64,000 nucleotides of DNA, taken from contig OZ210885.1 in the NCBI GenBank assembly GCA_964658305.1, positions 868,001 to 932,000 of the forward strand, read 5' to 3'. The notes beneath the pieces were generated by a model that had not been told where the DNA came from, did no database searches, and saw only the letters and a program-made list of their open reading frames with translations. Positions within the stretch are counted from its first letter, which is position 1. Each line of letters opens with the position of its first letter. A program made the translations under genes and the position numbers. Below are positions 1 to 11,400 of this stretch, piece after piece. The stretch is from Leptogorgia sarmentosa. Lineage: Eukaryota.

Positions 1-932
1 AATTTGAGAATATTGCACACATGCATATACGACATCATATGGCTTTTCAAAATTCTCTATTCTGATTGGTTGACAAGCGGTCCGTAAAAACCCATATCCG
101 GACCGTGGTTCGTATTTTTCGTATCTGGACCGGTGTCCCGGATGTCGTTTATCTGGCGGGAGATTTCGCTTTACAAACCTCTGTCTTTTGCATTTAATAT
201 GTCGATACTAAAGAACCTCCGTCTAATATTTCACTGTACACACCTCACGCTGAATCAATAACCCTTCATTTATGACGTAATTATGACGTATATTGAAAAT
301 TATATGACATTATGACGTCGACTAATTTATGCTGCTTATGTTAAAAGCGGCGAAATATACAAGTTCTTGTTTACAAATCAATGCAACCGTTTACACTAAG
401 TCAGATGAAGATACAAATAAATACAAAACAATTATGAATGAGGTCGAGTAGGATATGAGGAATTATTAAGGCCAAGGTTTGTGTTAGTGTGTAGGAGGCG
501 GCGTAGGAAGATTGATAATAAGGGGGGCTCATATCCATATATTCGTTTGCTGCATCATTAATTTCTGTTGAAATCCATTGCTTTTATGGTCTGTGGACAC
601 GAGTATATGAATGTCAGCCCTAGTAAGTTCTATAATTGTTTAATATTGTAACTGACGAGCGTATCAGGAAAAACGTCCTCTAAATATCCTTGTTCTCTTG
701 TTTCATATACTGTCGTTTTAGGTCGACTCACTCACAAAATCATGGTCTTTTAATAAAATACAATACAAGGGAAACTTGGGAGCCACATGATGCTATTGTA
801 ATTTGATAAACGCGTCGATCGTCTCGATCTGATTACTGATGATATTTTTGGCTACGTATATTGCGCAATATCTTAAGAGAGTATTTTACTGTCCTGACCA
901 TTAACCGTAAGCCATCATAGCAGGCCTTAACC

Positions 933-3900
933 ATGGCAGTACGATTAGTTCGAATGCAAAATGTGAAAACTGTCGCTTCAAGAGTCTCAAGAGTCATGTT
1001 TAATCGTATATCCTCAAAATATTTGCATATGGGTGAATATTTTAGTCGTGGACGTCCAAATGAAATTGAGCTTCAGACAATAGTCCCTTTGGCTGGGAGA
1101 AAATATTTAGCGAGTTCGACCTCAGCCGGCTTTCCCAAACATTTGTCAGGACCTAAAGAAGATTTTCCAATGCTGGTGAAAGCGAAGAACGGGCAAGAAG
1201 CAAGTATGAAACACTGGGCATTGAGATGTAGAGAGATTATTGATCAAGCATATCAAAGGTATCATTGTTATTGTCATTTTGAATCAACTTTTATGTCAAC
1301 TTTAATGTGAGTTATGCCTCTTCGGGGATTACCGCGTTTGCGTGTTGAGTTCCCAACTGAATACGTTCGATTCCAATAGTTAACTTTCACCGTAGCACGA
1401 GAATGAACGTGTATGCAGGTATGTCAGTTAACATAATTACATAAATTGAAAGATGTAATTGGCTCCGGCATTCGGGGATGCAAATGTGCACGAGAGATGT
1501 GAATGGACGAAAATACCGACAGGGCAAGACAGCAATCCAAACTGTAGCTGGCAACAATTCGACAGAAATCTCCTCAGTGCTATTGCGTTTAGCGTTTATA
1601 CTGTATGTATTTCCACAGTATGCTCTTAATTTCGTTTCCACTGCGGTTTTGAAGTAAAAAAGTCGGATCGATGTGTGTTTATACATGCAACCAGTCCCGG
1701 GGCTCTAAATTATTTTATCAAAAGTTTTATGTTTAGCATGTGAAAAGTGTGTGCCGGTATTCGGTCATTGTACAAATGTCCAACAACACAATCATAAAAT
1801 AATCGAGTTATTTTCAAGAATATATTTACGGCTTATGAAACGCGAAGTTGAATGAGGTTTACCTTTACTGCCAGGTAAAAATATAACGGATAAAAATCGC
1901 CGGTTAGCCTCATTTTCATATTACAGAGATCAGTGGCTTTTGAACCATTAAGATTGCTGACTTTCGATAGGAGCGGGAAAAAATGACAAAATTCAGTTCA
2001 CATATTTACGATGATCTTAATTTTTAAAAAACCAGCAAACGTTTAACTTCCTACTATTAAAGATATATATGTTATTTACCAGCTGGGAGGTCCGTACTGG
2101 AAAATATTTTGTCGAGGTCTCAAAAACGGCCCGAGGCCGAAGGCCGAGGGACGTTTTTGAGACCGAGACAAAATATTTTCCAGTACGGACCGACCTAAAT
2201 GGTAAATAACTTATTTATTTTTTTTCCTCGATGTTATGATAAAATTCGTCAAAAATTCCAGTGTTGCGAACTAGATTTTGAGATCAGTTTGTTTGTTTAC
2301 TTTGCTACTCTATCGCAAGTATGGCTGCTAAACAGCCGAGACGAAGTGAGGAAAAACCCTTCAATATTGACGCATTTTCTTCCATATTCACGCTTTTCCA
2401 CTCAACATTACGATGAAAAAGGTAAACTTGTTAAAATTATTTATTTTCCCGGTTGTTTCACGATAGAAACATGGTTAAAATACGCTTTAGACAACGAAAT
2501 ATTTCGCCGAGAATGTTTTGTTTTGTTCATACTGATGAGACTTTGTTGATACTTATGAGTTTTTGTCGCTGTAAATACCCCCTAAAATATCCCTTAGCAT
2601 AATAAAATGAACTTTCATGTGTTCTTTATCGCCTAAATTCGTTTTGAATATTTTAATAAGCGGCCATTCAATTTTAAAAAACAAAAACATTGACTATATT
2701 TGTATTAAATCTACGAGAATGCATGCGAGCGGTCCGTAAAGTAGGTTACGGACCGCTCAGCAACCAATCAGAAAGCTCTATTTAGGTTACGGACCGGGAG
2801 TTACGGACCGGAAAAAAATAAACAAACATATCTTATGTTTCGACCAAAGGCCCATCGTTGGACAAAAGCCTTTCAACTAGCTAATATCCAACGGTCACGG
2901 ATGTGTCGAAACATCGAATCTGTTTATCGTTTAGATTGTGAGTACGTATTGAAGTCTGAATTTTTAACCTTACGACCTTTACTCGTTCATTTTCCCAATA
3001 TTTGATTTGCAGAATCAGATGTAAAAAATTATCAATAGTTTAGTAAATTACTACCGCATGGGCTAAGCAATTCGTAATATCACTGAATATCTTTGATATC
3101 TTTTATAAAGGTATGAGAAAGATGGCAGCGCTGTAGCCATATTGTTTCGGGGTCTACCGAATTTGGATGAAAAGGACTTTGCAGAATGGGTCAACAATTT
3201 AGGTTTCGAACCGTTTTCGTACGTTGGTGGAATATCTCCAAGACATGAAATACAACCGAATGTCGCAGAAGGTGCACGTGATGAAAATGTAGTGAGCATT
3301 GAGCCACATAACGAAATGGCCTACACTGCTAGATATCCAAAGGTAATTGCTATAAAATTTGCTGTTGAATATATTCATCGTATTATTTAATGGACAGGAA
3401 AGTCGATTTTGCAAAAGTCTACGAATTCTAAAGTTCAAGGTAATTAATGACTTCAGATCACCCCCGTTCAAATTGGTTGCAAATTGTGGCCGGTTGTATC
3501 AAAAAGATAAGTGAGGAAACTAACATTTTCTGTCTAAACATGACAACTATGCTTAGAACTACAAATTTAGTTGATAAAATTTAGGTTCAATTATTTACAA
3601 AACGAATTGGAGTGTTTTTTAAAATTTTGCTTACCCACCGTTTAAGCTAAACGCCTTTGATACCACCGCGGCCCCAACTGGAGGTTAATTCCATAAAGAA
3701 GAACGGAGCGGGAGCATATTGTTTACATTATAGATAGTATGGCAACTTAACTTGCCCGACGAAATTTGACTTTAGTTAAACACAAAATACATCGCTTATA
3801 CTCTGACAAATTAAATTTACCATACATACACACTACGTATATGAACAATGCGCTTCTCGGCTTCTGCTGCTAGGTATTTTTGAAATATTTTTGGAACGAG

Positions 3901-6281
3901 TGACGGAGACCTCAAAGAATTTTGCCGCACACGGGGAGATTTTGCTTACGCCAATAGGCACGAATGACAGTCAGCTCAACATGTTAGAGTGGCACAGATT
4001 AAAAGTAGTTGAATGGATTTTTTCATGACACTTTATGATGCTCAAACGTGTACTTCAACCATGAGACTCAGCCACGATACTCAACCACGATACTCAACCA
4101 CGGACTTCAACCACGGACTTCAACCACGATACTCAAACACGATACTCAACCATGACACTCAACCATGCACGGACTTGCGGTCGGTCGACCGCAATGATAA
4201 AGGCCGCCGCACACGAGCGCACTTGTCGCGCCCACTTGCTATTCGTGACAAGTTGGATCGACAAATTCCCTCGTGTGCGGGCAACATTTACGGCATTTTC
4301 GTCATTTGTGACATGTAAACCAAATATCAAACGTGTTTGATATTTTTCGTCATTCGTGACAAAAATTTCTCGTGTGCGGCCAACAAGCGGCAAGTGCGCC
4401 TGAACCGGAAGATCTGCGCATGCGTGTATTATGCACAATTATAAACAACATGGCGGATGAAAACATAAACATTGATGAAAATCACGATTCCGAAGATGAT
4501 TCTGAAGACGAAAAAGCTTTACTTTTACTCCTTCTGCTGCGAAGACGACGGGCTGTCCTTAAACGCCTACGACGTCTTCGCAGCAGAAGGAGTAAAAGTA
4601 AAGCTTTTTCGTATGGAAAGCATAGGAACACTTGTAAACGCAGCCGATGAAATCATAGGCAGCCCAGTCATTGTCAATTATTATAACTATTAATTACATA
4701 CGCGAGTGACCGTATTGTCGGCGCACGCATATAAACAACTAAGGACGATGAAATAGCCCTATTCAACCTTAGTTAACATAATAAAACCCCAGATCACTGG
4801 GCTGCCTATGATGAAATCTACTCAAGCAGTGCCATTATTTGGGATTATCTCCGAAACAACAAGCAACAATGCAGAACAATGCCACTTTTGGTTCGACGAT
4901 ATGGAACAGCACGAACCGAAGCCACAACCATGTCATGCTGCACCCAACACGCACATTCCTACTGCCTAAAGACGTGGATAGAACAATGCCAACTAAACAA
5001 GACCGATATACGCTGTGGATACTGTCGAACGCCTGTTAACTATAACCAGTCATGCATCCTATGCCTTCAAAAACTATACGAACAACAGCCGAAAAGAACA
5101 AACAAAATGTTGCGACAATTACGTTCATAGCGTTCATGCTAAATGCGCAGATATTCTTAAACAAACACTTAACACATTACCATTCAATCATACATTAAAA
5201 TGTGGAATTTGTAGCTGTTTATGGCATCATTTGTAATAAAATGTGGGATTTGTAAACTTAAATATAATACATTCTTACAAACCGTCGTACTACTTATTAC
5301 AAGGAAAACCCCTCCCATAATTTTACTTCATGCCTACTATTACGTACATAAATCCAAACCTAATACAATACTATTCGAGGTCCGTGCTAACGCAAGCACA
5401 GCTTCAGCTAACACGGACCTCTCGTTAATCATAAAAATCATAAAAAGATCTTCTTCATCTGTCTGAGCTCGGCGAGCTCGGTTGTCCTACAAATACGTGC
5501 CTAATTAGGCACAAAAAACTTTTTGAGTCAAATAATATTAATTACAATTATCACTTATCCACCGTTTAAGCTAAACGCTTTTGATACAACCGATTTCAAT
5601 GTAGCGTGTTAGTTCCTGGCCGAAAAATGATCGAAAATAATTTCAAATTTGAATATTGAATTCCAGATATTCACCATCAGCTGTTTAAAGAAATCTCAAT
5701 GGGGTGGTGAGACAGCAATTTGTGACAATCGAGACATCCATACGAAGTTAGACCCAGCATTTGTACAAAAATGTGAAGAGAAGAAAATTCGTTATTGGAA
5801 TTGTCTGCACAGTGAGGATAGTGAGAAAAATCTTTATCAAAGCTGGCAAATGCGTTTTAGAACTGAGGATAAGAGTGAAATTAACGAGTTTTTAGAAATT
5901 GAAAAGTATAGTTATATTTGGGAAGAAGAAATCTTGTTTTACTGGAAAAATTTATCGCCTACAGTCAAGCACAACATCAGTGGTGAAAAATTGTGGTTTA
6001 ATCAGATATCAGCCTTACATGCGAGTTATTATGCCGACATGAAGTGCCATGAAAACTTGAAATTACCTAACAAGGAGCACCCATGTCACTCGACTTATGG
6101 TGATGGTGAAGAATTTGAAAAGCATGAGATTGAAGATCATCGACGTTGTATTTGGGAAAGTGCAGTTGGGTTTGACTGGCAAAATGGTGATATATTGTTT
6201 TTAGATCAAATGATTGTCCAACATTCCAGGTTAAGTTTCGAAGGAGATAGAAAAGTTGGTGTAAGTCTCCTGGATTTTTAA
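933..6281 (+). CDS. TauD/TfdA (clavaminate synthase-like; DdaC/SyrP-type) Fe(II)/2-oxoglutarate dioxygenase, paralog A, 3 exons, ~390 aa
   Basis: Exons 933-1258, 3111-3342, 5667-6281 join in frame via GT-AG introns (phases 2, 0). Motifs: AILFRG, EPHNEMAY (H-x-E iron ligands), GGETAICD, LWFNQ, WQNGDILFLDQMIVQHSR...GDR (third His and 2OG-binding Arg). The N-terminus is Arg-rich and lacks acidic residues. Confidence 0.9.
2071..2815. mobile_element. Unclassified non-autonomous repeat with a long terminal hairpin (intron 1 of paralog A)
   Basis: Imperfect inverted arms ~2071-2128 / 2152-2210 around a ggccgaaggcc core; repeated tacggaccg/cggtccgta motifs at ~2730-2810. Related motifs (ctgattggttg, cggtccgta) occur at ~60-135. 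Confidence 0.5.
4055..4175 (+). repeat. 13-bp minisatellite (aaccacgatactc / aaccacggacttc)
   Basis: About 8 tandem variant units visible; same family as 12345-12647. Confidence 0.8.
4228..4610 (+). mobile_element. Probable 5' fragment of a PIF/Harbinger DNA transposon
   Basis: Repeated subterminal motifs (tcgtgacaa, ctcgtgtgcgg) followed by ORF start MADENINIDENHDSEDDSEDEKALLLLLLLRRRR..., an acidic/poly-Leu/poly-Arg N-terminus typical of Harbinger transposases. The ORF is truncated. Confidence 0.4.
4613..5236 (+). pseudogene. Interrupted intronless double RING-finger-like ORF
   Basis: Removing the MITE and one TSD fuses MESIGTLVNAADEI in frame to YSSSAIIWDYLRNNKQQCRTM...MSCCTQHAHSYCLKTW...RCGYCRTP. 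A second Cys/His cluster, CILC...(frameshift)...CCDNYVHSVHAKC...CGIC, follows. Confidence 0.5.
4654..4810. mobile_element. P-element-like MITE (157 bp)
   Basis: TIR CATAGGCAGCCCAGT / ACTGGGCTGCCTATG; 7-bp target duplication ATGAAAT at 4647-4653 and 4811-4817. Confidence 0.8.
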
Positions 6282-6679
6282 AACACAATTTAAATCAAAC
6301 TATAGTATGTAAATTTCTGCTAGTAATATTGTAGTCATTGTATACTCAGTAATACCCATTATATAGTGGTAATTCTGACAGATACTTTTTGGGGTGAAAC
6401 TAGAGAGTTTGGGTGGGGCGGCAACTATTGATATATTCGTGTTGTACCTGTTCTATTCGTGTTAATTTCGATATTAATCAAATCAAATTAACCAAAGCAA
6501 ATTAAACTTTTTACTTGCGATATAGTAACTTCTTGTAGATTTGTGTTATGCCATCATTGCATTCGCAAAACATTCTATAAATGTAGAGACATTGTTATAA
6601 TTATATAGCTGTCTGAACTAAACATTAGAGTGTATATGTAAAACATTTGTTGTTTTTCAGCTTATAGCAATGTCCCGGC

Positions 6680-6849
6680 CAGGGGCGTAAATAATCGAAT
6701 ATAGCTGGGTGAGGGTGGGGGTCATGAAAATCAGACCGACTAATTACTGATATGCGAATTTGTACCGACTACAGCTGGAAACCGGTTAATACTAGCATAA
6801 CTCCCATTATGGGAGTTATGCTAGTATTAACCGGTTTCCAGCTGTAGTC
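6680..6849. mobile_element. hAT-like MITE end folded back into a perfect 83-bp palindrome
   Basis: Begins with CAGGGGCGTA. 6767-6849 has 41-bp perfect arms with a 1-nt spacer. A related unfolded copy lies in reverse orientation at ~31150-31270. Confidence 0.7.
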
Positions 6850-7253
6850 CCATTTTTAATATTATTAATATTAATTCCCAAATTTAATATTATTCAAGTA
6901 ACCTAGCTGAATATCAGACGCGTTTACGCGTTCGTTATTACAATAATAATGTATTAATGTCGATAAAAAATTCAAACCACAAAAGCATTGATTGAATAGT
7001 AGCTACAATGTACATAATAATATGAAGTCATTTCCGAATCAAACAGGGGACTGGTGTAGTCGCACACTACTTTCCCGTATCACGCCATAAATTTTGCTGC
7101 ATCCCGCATTGAGACCAAATCCCGCTTCCCGTATAATATTTTTCTTTTTCTTAAAATTCCGCATCCCGTCTTAACTTCTGGTCCATCCCACCATCCCGCA
7201 AAACTGGTATACAGGCCCCTTCAAGAACTGAACACAGTGAAATGACTTATATT

Positions 7254-7490
7254 CGGGGGCGTAACTTTGGGAGGGGGGGTGGGGGGGGGGGTGGTACTAC
7301 AATATTTCGGCCGACAAAAAGCGTGGTCACCAAAATAAAATGGGTGTGGTCACCAAAATCAGTCAAAAATTGTACTACAAACATCAAACCTTTGTAAGAT
7401 TTCATTATAACAGGACAATTTGCCCGACAAAACTGCTACTGTGTCACACCCCACGCACACCCCCCCCCCCCCCCAGAAGTTACGCCCCTG
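7254..7490. mobile_element. hAT-superfamily MITE
   Basis: TIR (c)gggggcgtaactt / aagttacgcccctg; 8-bp TSD CTTATATT at 7246-7253 and 7491-7498. Confidence 0.85.
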
Positions 7491-7602
7491 CTTATATTAA
7501 TTATAGGATAAGAGTTGGAAAGGCTTATTGCAAGAGCCTATAATCACTCACTATAATCGCATTAGTAGGGTTGGAACCATATTCATGTTAGGGGGCCATC
7601 TA

Positions 7603-7930
7603 CACAGCCAAAAACGGCACAGACTTGATGCAAATTGTGTGTATTACTGGCCTGATGCAAGTTGCCAACAAGTTGTATCAACCCTGTTGACTTTATCAAA
7701 TTGCATCGAGTCTGTGAACATCGGACTTGCCGCAACTTGATATTGGCAGACTTGCTGCAAGTTGATAAAACAGCTTTTATCAAGCTTGCAAGCATTTCGC
7801 AACTTGCTGCAAATCTGGTAACAACTTGTAGCAGACTTGTTATCCTCAAGCCGGAGCAAGCGATGCGAACGCATCCTGATATCTGCTTGGTGGTAGCAGA
7901 CTTGCTGCAACTTGGGCGTTTTTGGCTGTG
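7603..7930. mobile_element. MITE with CAC...GTG termini (CMC/EnSpm-like) and internal cttgc(a)ag repeats
   Basis: TIR CACAGCCAAAAACG / CGTTTTTGGCTGTG flanked by TA on both sides. Confidence 0.7.
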
Positions 7931-8473
7931 TAGGACACTTGCATGTGAAACAGACACAAAAAACGAGACTTCAAAGGAAAGGGGCACTTTCCCCTTGGCT
8001 CTCCCCACCCCACCCCCCTCCCCTCCCCTCCCCCTTCCTAAGTCCTTGCTTCGAATATACAATCACGATGCGATGTCCATTAATCAATATTGTGATTGGA
8101 TATAAACCTGCATACGCAATGTCTAGCAACCTACAATACAACATTGAAAAGACAGCGTTGCATGATGTCATTCGAAGTCGCTGAAAATACTTTCAAGGCT
8201 TATGAATTTATAAGTGCATTGCATGTATAATAAAACAATTATTGAAATAATCTAAAAATATTAACAGTTCCTAAACACCGACACACATCGCTCGGATGAA
8301 ATCTCTGTTTGATGTAGACACCCCCACTCACATACCGTGCATACGTCACATGAAACCCGAGAATCGAATGAAACCGAAGATTGAGTGGTGTCGATTATTC
8401 TGCAGCAATCGTCGATGTCTGCAAGAGCAACATTAGAACACGCCATTGCAATTTGCTACAGCGATTTATAACC

Positions 8474-11400
8474 ATGGCAGTACGTCTCGCTGGTTTGCGA
8501 AATATCAGACCCGTCGCTTCAAGGGTCATGTTTAATCGTATATCCTCAAAATATTTGCATATGGGTGAATATTTTAGTCGTGGATGTCTGAATGAAATTG
8601 AGCTTCAGACCGCTGTGCCTTTGGCTGGAAGAAAACATTTGGTTGGTTCTAACTCAGCTGGCTTTCCCAAACATTTGTCAGGGCCTAAAGAAGATTTTCC
8701 AATGCTGGTGAAAGCGAAGAACGGGCAAGAAGCAAGTATGAAACACTGGGCATTAAGATGTAGAGAGATTATTGATCAAGCATATCAAAGGTATCTATGG
8801 CTCCCATTTCCCATAATATTCAGGCATTCTGAAATTCCGGGGAATTAAATTTCGCGGATGTTTTGAAGTCGATTCCGCGGCGATAAATCTAAATTTCGAT
8901 CTAATTTTCGCATCCAACCATAGATGTAGGAAGCCTAGATTGCTGACTGTAGAATAATTTATAGCGGGCTCACGCTGTGCCGGCAAGCATGTCGAGTAAT
9001 CCAATGCAAAATAGGTGCTCAACCGGTCAAATTAATACATGCAATGATATATTGACCATGTTACGCAGAACTTAATAAGATGGTATTTAGATTGATATAT
9101 ACATATACTTCGGGTTTAAGACAAGCTAATTATAGTTATTAAATGTTCACTAGACTCTAGTCACTAGAGTTAATTAAATGCATACTGTATAACTATACTT
9201 GCTAGAAATAGTGAGAATTGTCGACGACAAATCGCTTTCTTTCTTCCCAGTAACACGCAGGCTTTCTGTTTCTTATGCTTTACTGAATCCTATATACAAT
9301 ATTCTATAACGTCGCAAAGTTATTCAAAACCTAAAATTATTTTTGACCAGAAATATGTCGAACCAAATCAAGTGTCTGCAAGTGACTGTTTTGGCAACAT
9401 TCACTATCCATTATTTTCGTGTTAATTGCACCCAAATTGCACGATTTTCATCCAAAACCTGCAGAACGGGTAGTTATTTCCAAAAAATGGTGCAAGAACG
9501 TGATCGGAAACGTTATATATATAATATTGAGAAATGTTTTTTATTTAAATAATAAATAAAAAACATTTCTCAATTCAGAAACACTCCATAAAAGCAAGAT
9601 CGCCGACCGTCGCCGACTAATGAAAACCAGCCTTAAATTAAAATTAGCGCGACCTGTGTCACTTATGTGGGGCTGTTTTACATGGGGTTAGGGTGAACCA
9701 AAAATGAACCAAAAGCTAATTCAAAAAAGGTTCTCCTCAAATGAAACATTAAACCTTGAACTCTATAAGCGCGCAAAGAGGTTTTGATCGGGCAAATAAT
9801 CATAATACACTGCATGATAGTTTAATCCCCGAGCCACGGCGCGAAGCGCCGTCCGGGCGTTAGCCCGGGGCGAGGGTAATAATTCCGCTATAGCGTGTCC
9901 AAAGTTGCTCGATTTGGCGGCCATTTTGGGTCAAGGTGTAAGAGCAAAATGCGTAAGGGTGGTCATCACTGATCTCAAAATTATGCTGGACCATCATGAC
10001 GAGCCGAAGCTTTTTAAAGGCTTAAAGCTTTTGGAAAGGCGAAAATAAAGACAAGATCTACGCTGTAAGACTTGAAAAGCCTTCTCAGAAGATATAAAAC
10101 GCTGAGAAAGGAGCACAAACGACTACGGATTGAAACACAAGATAAGTTCGTCAATATGTTGCCGGCAGTGAACTTTTGTTTTGCGTATTTACTATCTACA
10201 GTCTACTATTTTCATGAAAGGTCGCTCTATTCACAGCTCAATTCCAGAGTATAAGTTTATCGTTTTAAAGGCAAGACTTCACAAAATATTTACAAACTTT
10301 ACCCCAAAAGAACACGAGCGAACATTGGCTGGAAATTGTTTCATATCAAAGACTGACTTGTATATTTTATATTTAAAACGTTTTGTACAAATAAATGTAG
10401 TATTTCGCACCAAATTCAAGTTTATATTAGTCTTAATAACGTACGGATAACAAATGGTTCTCGAAATTTAAAAAAAAATGCCAATAAAACAAAGATAAAT
10501 ATATGTTATTTGACAGTTTTCAAAAAATACAGAAATATGAATTCCGATCGTGTTGCCATGACAACAACCTCGGGCAGCCTTTGAAGTACTTCATGTTCCA
10601 AAAATATAATTGCATTAATTGGTTAGTAAGGCGAGGGGTTGCTGCATGTATGTATTTCTAGTAATTCCGCTATAGCGTGTCCAAAGTTCCTCGATTTGGC
10701 GGCCATTTTGGGTCAAGGTGTAAGAGCAAAATGCGTAAGGGTGGTCATCACTGATCTCAAAATTATGCTGGACCATCATGACGAGCCGAAGCTTTTTAAA
10801 GGCTTAAAGCTTTTGGAAAGGCGAAAATAAAGACAAGATCTACGCTGTAGGACTTGAAAAGCCTTCTCAGAAGATATAAAACGCTGAGAAAGGAGCACAA
10901 ACGACTACGGATTGAAACACAAGATAAGTTCGTCAATATATGTTGCCGGCAGTGAACGTTTGTTTTGCGTATTTACTATCTACAGTCTACTATTTGTATG
11001 AAACGTCGCCGTAGCCGCATTTAATCTATTCACAGCTCAATTCCAGAGTATAAGTTTATCATTTTAAAGGTAGGACTTCACAAAATATTTACAAACTTTA
11101 CCCCAAAAGAACACGAGCGAACATTGGTTGGAAATTGTTTCATATCAAAGACTGACTTAATTAAACCGTTTTACGCAAATAAATGTAGTATTTCGCACCA
11201 AATTCAAGTTTATATTACTCCTAATAACGTACGGTTAACAAATGGATCTCCAAATTATAAAAAAAGCCAATAAAACAAAGATAAAGCTGATATTTTAATT
11301 GTTTTCAGAAAAATACAGAAATATGAATTTCCGATCGTGTTGCCATGACAACAACCTCAGGCGGCCTTCGAAGTACTTCATGTTCCAAAAATATAGTTGC

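Noticed and set aside
7528..8184. Several overlapping 66-159 aa ORFs
   Set aside because: They arise from a MITE and a C-rich tract; no recognisable domain.
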